This document shows, piece by piece, positions 1 to 7,725 of a stretch of DNA of 12,562 nucleotides. Below the pieces are notes generated by a model. That model was not told the DNA's origin. It saw only the letters and a list, made by a program, of their open reading frames with translations, and made no database searches. The stretch spans positions 1 through 12,562 of the forward strand of contig JBCAXK010000044.1 in assembly GCA_038534095.1 (NCBI GenBank). Reading direction: 5' to 3'. Within the stretch, counting starts at the first letter, position 1; every line of letters begins with the position of its first letter. Position numbers and translations under genes: made by a program. The DNA is from Chlamydiota bacterium (GTDB lineage: Bacteria > Chlamydiota > Chlamydiia > Chlamydiales > SM23-39).

Positions 1-261
1 TGAAGAGCTTGCCCAGTTTGTGGAAAGAGTAGAGCTGGGCCAAAAAAGGCCATGGGCTTGGGCTTTTCTTGGAGGATTTGGGATGGTTTCTGCCATGAGC
101 GAAATTTTTGTGGCACAATACTTTGGTGCCAAAAAGTTAGAAGCCATTGGAGGAGCTGTTTGGCAAATGATCTGGTTTGCTTTTTTCTCCACATTTTTTT
201 TTCTCCCCATGGCCTTTTTTGGCCCAGCTCTACTCTTTCCACAAACTGGGCAAGCTCTTCA
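1..261. repeat. Perfect 56-bp inverted repeat (1-56 versus 206-261, 149-nt spacer); left arm runs off the window edge
   Basis: The reverse complement of 1-56 (TGAAGAGCTT...GGCCATGGG) matches 206-261 (CCCATGGCC...AAGCTCTTCA) base for base; the match ends at 57/205. Confidence 0.97.
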
Positions 262-1255
262 TAGTGAGTATTTTTCCTACCTGATGCTCTTTGGCCCTTT
301 CTACACCTTGATGACAGCATTATCTGGGTTTTATATCGGTCGAGGAAAAGCGCGTATTTTGATCTACTTAGCCATTTTGGGCAATGTGCTCAATATTTAT
401 TTAGATAGTATGCTCATTTTTGGGGTCCCCGGTTTCATCCCTGAAATGGGGATCAAAGGGGCAGCAATCGCCACTTCATTAGGGTACGTTTTTCAAGCGA
501 TTATTCTCTTTGTGCTTTTTTTACAGAAGCGTTACCGGGCAACATTTAAAACAGGTCACTGGAAAATTCATACTCCTCTTTTTTGTAAGTCCTTGCGAGT
601 AGGGCTTCCTCAAGGAGTTTTTTACATGTTAGAAATGATGGGATTTGCCATTTTTTATGAACTGATGCGCCTAATGAGTAAAGATCACATTCTGATCTCA
701 GGGATTTGTCAGAGTTTTGTAATTTTGCTCTCCTTTTTCATTGAGGGTCTCACTAAGGGGGTAACAGCAATAGCTGGCCAGTGTATTGGAGGGAAAAAGC
801 CTGCTATGGTGAAGCAAGTACTCCGCGCAGGCGTGTACTTACAGTGCCTATTTTCTCTTATCATGGCGGCCGGTTTTTTAGCGCCAAACCATCTCGTTTC
901 CTACCTATTTCCCGATGCGACCGAGTACATTGTTTCGGTAGAAAGCAAGGAAAGCATGGAAGCTCTTTGGTTCTGCCTGTTTTGCTCGTTTCTTTACCTC
1001 TCTTTTGAAGGAGTTCGTTGGGTGATTGCTGGGGTTTTGACAGCAGCGGGTGATACCTTATTTTTGCTTGTTGCAGGTAGCCTCAGCGTATGGCTATTAT
1101 TGATTTTTCCTATTTACTTCATTGTTTTGAAGCATGCGCTTTCTGTGGGTATTGCTTGGACAATTTTTGCTGTCTATTCCTTTGCTTGTTGCGCTCTCTA
1201 TTTTTACCGTTTTCAAAGGGGCTCTTGGAAAAACATCAATCTGATTGAAAAGTAA
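56..1255 (+). CDS. MATE family efflux transporter, 5'-truncated (genuine sequence starts near nt 56)
   Basis: Multiple hydrophobic helices and MATE hallmarks: FVAQYFGAKK, LSGFYIGRGK, NVLNIYLDSMLIFG..PEMGIKGAAIAT, IAGQCIGGKK, GVLTAAGDT. The ORF-track residues encoded by 20-55 come from the inverted copy and are not MATE sequence. Confidence 0.92.
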   Translation, partial: AWAFLGGFGMVSAMSEIFVAQYFGAKKLEAIGGAVWQMIWFAFFSTFFFLPMAFFGPALLFPQTGQALHSEYFSYLMLFGPFYTLMTALSGFYIGRGKARILIYLAILGNVLNIYLDSMLIFGVPGFIPEMGIKGAAIATSLGYVFQAIILFVLFLQKRYRATFKTGHWKIHTPLFCKSLRVGLPQGVFYMLEMMGFAIFYELMRLMSKDHILISGICQSFVILLSFFIEGLTKGVTAIAGQCIGGKKPAMVKQVLRAGVYLQCLFSLIMAAGFLAPNHLVSYLFPDATEYIVSVESKESMEALWFCLFCSFLYLSFEGVRWVIAGVLTAAGDTLFLLVAGSLSVWLLLIFPIYFIVLKHALSVGIAWTIFAVYSFACCALYFYRFQRGSWKNINLIEK

Positions 1256-1283
1256 TCCCAGTCGCAGGAGCTTGCTGGCGGTT

Positions 1284-2087
1284 TTACTTGATGGCGTTAC
1301 TCCAAACAGTAAAACGGCATGTCTCTTGGAATCCAAATCTCTTATAAATATTGAGACCATCTGGCGACGCTTGTAGTACCCCCTTTCTTAAGCCCATTTT
1401 TTTTGCTGCCATGAGAGCTTGGTAAAACATGGCTGACCCGTAACCCCTACGTCTTTTTTCTGGCTGGGTTGCAATATCGTAAATCCCAGCAACGCTTGTG
1501 ACAAAAAGACAAGATGTAGCAACAGGAGTGTTTCCCTCGTAACCAATGAAAAGAACCAAATCCTCCCTATCTTTAGGGCTAATTGTTCCGATTTTTCTGT
1601 AAAATCGCTCTATTTGTCCATCTGGCGGACTCGAAAGCGCCGTCAATACTTGGCCGAAATCGGTATATTCTCTTGGTGTCTTGCATCGACGAATCGTAAG
1701 ACCTTTTGCCGGCTCATGATCATCGGGGACCTTCGTGAGATCACAAACCATACCAATATCTAGTTCATCATAAACAAAGCCTGCATCTTTTAAAAACTTA
1801 CTCGTACGTTCAGAAGATGAAGAGGGGCCTATCCACCAGGCCATCGGCTCATGATTGTTTTCGTAATAAGAAAAAACCTCTCTTGCGGTTTCATCGGTAA
1901 TGTCTCCACCAAAAGCGGTATTGAACATATCAGAAGGTAAGCCAGTATCAACAAGGGAGATCCCTTGGATATTAGCTACGCGCATCCCTGTGAGCTTGGA
2001 TGGTAAGTAGCGCAATTTTTCTCTCATATTCTTTTCCATTGCAAGAATATCTACCTTCTTGCTAGGTACAATGCGATTGTTCATCAC
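1284..2087 (-). CDS. GNAT family N-acetyltransferase with an extra N-terminal region
   Basis: Acetyl-CoA-binding motif A (GIYDIATQPEKRRRGYGSAM) and C-terminal LQASPDGLNIYKRFGF. Start is GTG at 2087 or the adjacent ATG at 2084. Convergent with the MATE gene, 28-nt gap. Confidence 0.92.
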   Translation of the reverse strand: MMNNRIVPSKKVDILAMEKNMREKLRYLPSKLTGMRVANIQGISLVDTGLPSDMFNTAFGGDITDETAREVFSYYENNHEPMAWWIGPSSSSERTSKFLKDAGFVYDELDIGMVCDLTKVPDDHEPAKGLTIRRCKTPREYTDFGQVLTALSSPPDGQIERFYRKIGTISPKDREDLVLFIGYEGNTPVATSCLFVTSVAGIYDIATQPEKRRRGYGSAMFYQALMAAKKMGLRKGVLQASPDGLNIYKRFGFQETCRFTVWSNAIK

Positions 2088-2256
2088 TACATTTCCGTTG
2101 CTTTAGATTTTTCGCCCTAGAGTAAGACGCGTGTATTGTATCATACTTTGTAAAATTGCGGTGGTCGATGCAAAACTACTTTTTTATGCGCGCAACATGC
2201 GCGTAGCGGGCTGTGGAGCTCCTTGTAGCTTTTTGTCGATAGAGCGCAAGCAATCA

Positions 2257-2281
2257 TGAGCCTTCTCCTTACGAAGGCTCA
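2257..2281. repeat. Perfect 9-bp stem-loop, possible terminator or processing hairpin downstream of the autotransporter
   Basis: TGAGCCTTC-tccttac-GAAGGCTCA. No good U-tract follows it on the minus strand, so function is uncertain. Confidence 0.45.
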
Positions 2282-2318
2282 AAAGATCTATTTTCCTAAG
2301 AACGTGCTTGCGGAAATG

Positions 2319-2335
2319 TTTAGGAAATAGGGCAG
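2319..2335 (-). repeat. Degenerate direct repeat of the tRNA 3' end plus its downstream flank (candidate distal att site)
   Basis: TTTAGGAAA-TAGGGCAG (2319-2335) versus TTTAGGAAAATGGGGCAG (8877-8894): 16 of 18 aligned positions identical, one gap, one mismatch. Confidence 0.5.
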
Positions 2336-2380
2336 CTCACTAAAAACTCACCCCAAAATACTTCTCTAGAAACATTTGCG

Positions 2381-5300
2381 TTAGAAATTCCAGCCCATTT
2401 GAAAAACAACTTGATTGGTCAAATAGTCTTTTCCAAATTCCCCTTTGTAAAGGAGATGATAGTTGATGGAATCTCTTACATATTCAAAGCGAATTTCTGG
2501 AGAGAAAAAGGCAATGCTTTTATCGAACGTATCGACAATAAGTTCCTGGCTACGGCTAGAAAAGTCGATGAATTTGCTGGTATACTTTCCATTCTGTAAG
2601 GGCGTTTTGTAGACCCAGCTACCTCCTGCTAACATATTCCACTCGCCACAATAGCGAGATAGGTTTTGCCGGAAGCGGCCTCCAAGCTCCGAGCGTAAAT
2701 AGTGGTCATCGCGCGCAAAAACGGTAAGGTCTAATGAGTCTGCTCCGTCTTCATTCACCGTTCCCTGATGCAGATAGTTGTAAGCAACCGAGCCAAACAA
2801 TTCAAAAAACTGCAGATCGTGCCAAAGAAAGCCTACATGAGAAGTCAGGTGCCCAGCCATATGATCTTCTTTTGCTGTTCGATCTACAGAGGCGTAATGG
2901 ACATTCCTTGTGCTATCATAAAAGTTGACTCCGCCGAAAGTCGCAAGATCAAATACCCATCCTGTACAAGAAAAACCGCTACGTAAACCCATAAGAAGCT
3001 GATGAATATCGGCTTTGCCCGCATCTTGTCTCCAGTCGAGATTTGAATAATCGTAGCCTACAAAAGTTCCGATCAAAACGTGATCATCAACAAGGGAGTG
3101 ATCATATCCTACGACGAGCCCTGCCGAAGCGTCCCGGTAGCCTCGCATTTGATTGAGTCGATCCACATGAGCAAAAAAACCAAAAGGAGTAACCCAGAAA
3201 TAGTTCGCACAATACTCATGTGGGCATTCATCACAAGGATCTCGGTACAGCTCAGTATTGAGAAGCTGCCTTTGCAAAACCCCTGATACAACTGCGCTTG
3301 TATCGAGGTTCATCAGAGGAAAGGCTCCATAAAGAGCTGGATGCATCTGATCGAGTGCAAGTCGCAAGTCTTCATCATTTAAGGTCTCTGCAATGAGCAT
3401 AAGATCGAGAAGATCTTCATCCTGATCGAGATCGAAAGAATCGATGTAGTCACGTACTCTTTTAGGATTACCGCTGCCCACATCTCTACCATTCAAGATG
3501 AATGTCGCATTGATAGCAAGCCTTGCAATCGTATTTCCCCCTTCTAAAGTAACCGTAAAAGGGAGACCATTGACCAGGTCTTGCTCTGTCCAGAGCTGAT
3601 CAATCCCGCCTGTCGCTACAAGAATGTCGTACATGCTTCCTTTCGCTACGGTTCCTAGAGGTTCAAAAACTCGTAAAATCGAGCCATTTCCAAGAGAAGC
3701 TATGCCTGTAACAAGAATTTGATCGCTGATTGATCCTTCAATCTCAACCTCATAGACAGATCCCGATAATTGTGTGTAGTTCCCTGTAACCTCGATAGTA
3801 CCGATCGAGTTGCCCGGAGCAATGACGCTACTTTGGGAGAGTTCTAGGCTCGCATAGCTCCCATTCCCTTCGATTCTCCCTCCACTCGCAAAAGCAGCTC
3901 CCAATGTCCCATCTCCTGTGAGAATCCCTCCAGGATTGACGGTAATGGAGTTATTGATCAGCGAAGATCCCGAAGCAACCTCAACCGTTCCATTATCTAC
4001 AATAAGATCGCCTACATATCCAACGTTCGCATTAGAAAATACGAAGGATCCTGTGCCCGTTTTTCGTAAAGTGTCTGTTCCTGTAAAAGTCCCTCCTGCA
4101 GTGAAGGTATCTGCGCCGTCAACAAGAAGTGTAGAGGCCCCATTAATCAGAAAGTTTCGATCTGATGAGCCAAAAGAGTTTAAGGGCTGGAAGGTCGTAT
4201 TGGCTCCTAAAATAACGGTGCCTCCGCTGCCTAAACTTCCCACAATGAAGGTTCCTTCTTGCACATCAATATCCCCAGTATGGGAGTTGTTTTGTCCAGA
4301 AAAAGAGAGTGTGCCCCCCGTTTGCTTGACAATTTTCCCTGCACCCACAACCTCTCCCGATTGAGTAAACGTTGTTCCGTTTTTCACTTGGATGATCCCA
4401 TCATTTGCTCCATTATCCATTCGGAGCGTGAATGGATGTTCGAGATCCCTTGTTGTGATCAGAGTCGCTAGATTATTAAATACAAGCTCTGCCGTTCCCA
4501 GCTGGTTGCCATTGCTGATCGAAAGAATCCCTTGATTGAGCTCTAGATTTGTATAAGCGTTCTCATCTTGAAGAACCAAGGTACCTGTTCCCTGTTTTAT
4601 AAGATCAAAAGCGCCAGTAATCGGCCCCCCAAGAGTCACGTTATCGCTTCCGTCTACAAAAATGGTCGCACCACCTTCTAAAGTAATCGGCCGGCTTGAA
4701 AAAAATCCGTTGAGCGGTTGGAACGTTGTTCCAACCTGCAAATTGATGGCCGCCTTGCCTCCGATGTTTGCTAAGGCTAAGGTTCCTTCCTCAACATCGA
4801 TTGCTGCTGTTAGGCCGATAGCATTTCCTATGGAAGAGAACGTTCCTCCCCCTTTCTTTGTTAAAGGCCCTGCTCCTGATAGCTCGCCTGATTGGGTGAA
4901 AGTTGTTCCGCTAGCTACATCGATCGCCCCATTTTCCGCTTCAAACGTATTGGGATGTGTGAGGGTCTGCGTACTTGATAGAGTAGCTCCATTTTGGATA
5001 ACAAGATTGCCATTTCCCAACTGATTGACATCGCTCACAACAAGCGTTCCTCCATTGACGCTCATAGCAAGATACGCATTGCTCGTACTTGCGAGAACAA
5101 GCGTACCATCACCCGCCTTCGCAAAGTCGAAATTAGAACCACCGTCAGAAACGGCTGCGTTCAAGGTCAATGTTGCCCCGCTAGCTACCGATATGGCTCC
5201 GCCTCCTAACAAAGAAAAAGGACGATCTGTAGTGAATGAACCGCTCGCTCCAAATGTTGTCCCGCCGCTTAAAGTAACTGGCGCCGTGCCTCCCAAGCTA

Positions 5301-7402
5301 TCCACGATGAACGTTCCACCTGTTATATTGATAGGACCTGTGAAAATGCTACTATTTGGAATAGATAGTGTTCCTGTTCCCTCTTTTGTTAATTGAAGAG
5401 TACCCGTCAGTACTCCTCCAATAGTAGCGCTATCGCTCTCGTTGACAACAACACTTGCTGCTCCCTGAATGTTCAAAGGGCGATCTGTAGAGAATGTGCC
5501 TATAGGCTGCAACTGCGTGCCACTTTCTAAATTGATGATACCTGTCCCTCCTAGACTAGCGACGGCAAAGAGGCCGTCTCGTACATCAATCATCCCCGTA
5601 TAAGAATTGTCTCCTCTAGAAAAAAGGAGCGCGCCTCCCATTTCCTTGACAATCTTACCTGCACCTAAAACCTCTCCCGACTGGGTAAACGTTGTACCGT
5701 TTGCCACCTGAATGATTCCATCATTCGCTCCATTGTTCATCCGAAGGGTTAAAGTACGTTCGAGATTCTGCGTCGTGATGAGAGTGGCTCCGTTATTGAA
5801 TACGAGCTCTCCATTTCCGAGCTGATTGCTATTGCTAACCGAAACCGTGCCCCCGTTGAGTTCCAGATCAGCAAACGTATTTTGCCCTTCGAGTAGTAAA
5901 GTACCTGTTCCCTCTTTTTTAAGAAAGAAGGAGCCAGTAATCGGGCCTGTAAGCGTAGCGCTATCGGTTCCATCTACAAGAATGGTAGCAGGGCCTTGCA
6001 AAGTAATCGGACGAGTAGTAGAGAATGTACCTGTAGGCTGCAACTGCGTGCCACTTTCTAAATTGATGGTACTTGTTCCTCCTAGACTAGCGACGGCAAA
6101 AACGCCTCCTCGTACATCGATCATCCCCGTGTAAGAATTGTCTCCTCTAGAAAAAAGGAGCGTGCCTCCCATTTCCTTAACAATCTTACCTGCACCTAAA
6201 ACCTCTCCCGACTGGGTAAACGTTGTACCATCTGCCACTTGGATGATTCCGTTATTTGCTCCATTATTCATCCTTAAGGTTAACGTGCGCTCGAGATTCT
6301 GCGTTGTAATGAGAGTGGCTTCGTTATTGAATATGAGCTCTCCATTTCCGAGCTGATTGCCATTGCTAACCGAAACCGTTCCCTGGTTCAATGCCATATT
6401 CACAAACGTATTTTGTCCTTCGAGTAGTAAAGTGCCTGTTCCCTCTTTTGTAAGAAAGAAGGAGCCAGTAATAGGGCCTGTAAGCGTAGCGCTATCGGTT
6501 CCATCTACAAGAATGGTAGCAGCTCCTTGCAAAGTAATCGGACGAGTAGTAGAGAACGAACCTAGAGGCTGAAAAATCGTAGCATTTTGCAGGTTGATGG
6601 TATCTGTGCCTCCAAGATTTGTAGAAGCAAAGGTTCCTGCCTCCACATTGATCGCACCTGTAAAAAATGTTCCATTACGTGTTGAAGAAAAAGTCCCTCC
6701 TCCTATCTTCGTTAAAGGGCCTGCGCCTGCTAGATTGCCTGCCTGCGTGAAAATGATTCCATTGTTTACGTCAATAGTCCCTGTTGCCACAACCATCGTG
6801 CTTGTATGTGTGAGCGTTTGGGTTGTCTGAATAGTTCCTCCTTCAATAGTCAGATCGCCCGTTCCCAACTGTCCCACATCGTTGATCATAAGAGTACCCC
6901 CTCTAATACTGGTTCCCAAATAAGAATTGGCCGTATTAGTAAGAATGAGGGTGCCTAGGCCCTGCTTGATCAGATCTGCTGTGCTATTGATCTGACCTGA
7001 AATGGTTAAGAAAGAGCCAACAGAATTCGTATCGATGGTCAAAAGATTTGTAAAATTGATGGGCGCAGAGATGAAATGTGCCAAATTGACCAAGTTAGGT
7101 AAAGCAATTGTGCCTGTATTGAAGTTAAGTGCGTTGTTACCCACTCCATCAATGGTGTAAGAAAACGAGCTATTAAAAGATAAGTTGCTCAGGATGAAGT
7201 TCCCATCGACGCTCACCGTGCGCGGAGCTGTAATGGCAGAGCCAAAGACCGCTACAGAATCTAGACCTGTACCTGGCACCACTCCCGAGTCCCAATTGGA
7301 GCCTACAGACCAATTGCCGTTAGCATCTAAAATCCAAGTTGCTGCGTCTAATAGAGAAAACTGGGCTACAATCAGTCCTATCCATACAAATTTCTTTTTC
7401 AT
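2381..7402 (-). CDS. Type Va autotransporter with a large Gly/Thr-rich beta-helical passenger containing autotransporter-associated beta-strand (PATR-like) repeats
   Basis: Signal peptide MKKKFVWIGLIVAQFSLLDA; GAGGA Shine-Dalgarno at 7410-7406; 12 LxKxGxGT-type motifs; APGNSIGTIEVTGNYTQ junction typical of this class; C-terminal ~270-aa beta-barrel starting near FWVTPFG and ending in QMGWNF. Confidence 0.96.
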   Translation of the reverse strand: MKKKFVWIGLIVAQFSLLDAATWILDANGNWSVGSNWDSGVVPGTGLDSVAVFGSAITAPRTVSVDGNFILSNLSFNSSFSYTIDGVGNNALNFNTGTIALPNLVNLAHFISAPINFTNLLTIDTNSVGSFLTISGQINSTADLIKQGLGTLILTNTANSYLGTSIRGGTLMINDVGQLGTGDLTIEGGTIQTTQTLTHTSTMVVATGTIDVNNGIIFTQAGNLAGAGPLTKIGGGTFSSTRNGTFFTGAINVEAGTFASTNLGGTDTINLQNATIFQPLGSFSTTRPITLQGAATILVDGTDSATLTGPITGSFFLTKEGTGTLLLEGQNTFVNMALNQGTVSVSNGNQLGNGELIFNNEATLITTQNLERTLTLRMNNGANNGIIQVADGTTFTQSGEVLGAGKIVKEMGGTLLFSRGDNSYTGMIDVRGGVFAVASLGGTSTINLESGTQLQPTGTFSTTRPITLQGPATILVDGTDSATLTGPITGSFFLKKEGTGTLLLEGQNTFADLELNGGTVSVSNSNQLGNGELVFNNGATLITTQNLERTLTLRMNNGANDGIIQVANGTTFTQSGEVLGAGKIVKEMGGALLFSRGDNSYTGMIDVRDGLFAVASLGGTGIINLESGTQLQPIGTFSTDRPLNIQGAASVVVNESDSATIGGVLTGTLQLTKEGTGTLSIPNSSIFTGPINITGGTFIVDSLGGTAPVTLSGGTTFGASGSFTTDRPFSLLGGGAISVASGATLTLNAAVSDGGSNFDFAKAGDGTLVLASTSNAYLAMSVNGGTLVVSDVNQLGNGNLVIQNGATLSSTQTLTHPNTFEAENGAIDVASGTTFTQSGELSGAGPLTKKGGGTFSSIGNAIGLTAAIDVEEGTLALANIGGKAAINLQVGTTFQPLNGFFSSRPITLEGGATIFVDGSDNVTLGGPITGAFDLIKQGTGTLVLQDENAYTNLELNQGILSISNGNQLGTAELVFNNLATLITTRDLEHPFTLRMDNGANDGIIQVKNGTTFTQSGEVVGAGKIVKQTGGTLSFSGQNNSHTGDIDVQEGTFIVGSLGSGGTVILGANTTFQPLNSFGSSDRNFLINGASTLLVDGADTFTAGGTFTGTDTLRKTGTGSFVFSNANVGYVGDLIVDNGTVEVASGSSLINNSITVNPGGILTGDGTLGAAFASGGRIEGNGSYASLELSQSSVIAPGNSIGTIEVTGNYTQLSGSVYEVEIEGSISDQILVTGIASLGNGSILRVFEPLGTVAKGSMYDILVATGGIDQLWTEQDLVNGLPFTVTLEGGNTIARLAINATFILNGRDVGSGNPKRVRDYIDSFDLDQDEDLLDLMLIAETLNDEDLRLALDQMHPALYGAFPLMNLDTSAVVSGVLQRQLLNTELYRDPCDECPHEYCANYFWVTPFGFFAHVDRLNQMRGYRDASAGLVVGYDHSLVDDHVLIGTFVGYDYSNLDWRQDAGKADIHQLLMGLRSGFSCTGWVFDLATFGGVNFYDSTRNVHYASVDRTAKEDHMAGHLTSHVGFLWHDLQFFELFGSVAYNYLHQGTVNEDGADSLDLTVFARDDHYLRSELGGRFRQNLSRYCGEWNMLAGGSWVYKTPLQNGKYTSKFIDFSSRSQELIVDTFDKSIAFFSPEIRFEYVRDSINYHLLYKGEFGKDYLTNQVVFQMGWNF
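5487..6556 (-). repeat. In-frame tandem duplication of 531 bp (177 aa) within the autotransporter passenger
   Basis: 5487-6017 aligns without gaps to 6018-6548 (match continues to ~6556). Manual count gives about 48 differences (~91% nucleotide identity). Confidence 0.97.
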
Positions 7403-7725
7403 GAATCCTCTTCAAACATAAATTGTTGCTCTCTTATGCACACTAACAAATTTTTTATTTCTTGCATTTACAAAATCGATTGCAAGGTTTTTTATTTTGT
7501 CTTAGAAATCCCTATTGCCGCCCTCCTTGCAATGCATCTTAAAAGGAGGATAGAATCTCGATTTTGGCATGGACACGTTTTTTGGCCAAAAGAGACTGCT
7601 TGGATATCAATGATCCCCCTTCTAGCTTAAGAGACTTGATTGCTGAGTGGCCACCGATCGGGAACATTTCTTTTGAAGTGGGGAGACGAGCATTTCATCG
7701 ATGGGAAATGCATTTTGCGCACATC

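Noticed and set aside
20..55. GTG start and N-terminus of the 411-aa ORF
   Set aside because: Derived from the inverted copy of 206-261 rather than MATE sequence; the frame is also open to the window edge.
5487..6556. Possible diversity-generating retroelement template/variable repeat pair
   Set aside because: Differences are not adenine-specific on either strand, both copies are in-frame coding tandem units, and no reverse transcriptase is present in the window.
2399..7421. Numerous plus-strand ORFs (60-148 aa) rich in Val/Pro inside the autotransporter
   Set aside because: Antisense shadows of Gly/Thr codons; they repeat with the same 531-nt period as the real gene.
7690..7711. GCATTTC/GAAATGC stem just downstream of the phosphotransferase stop as an intrinsic terminator
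   Set aside because: AT-rich 7-bp stem with no U-tract on the minus strand; too weak to call.
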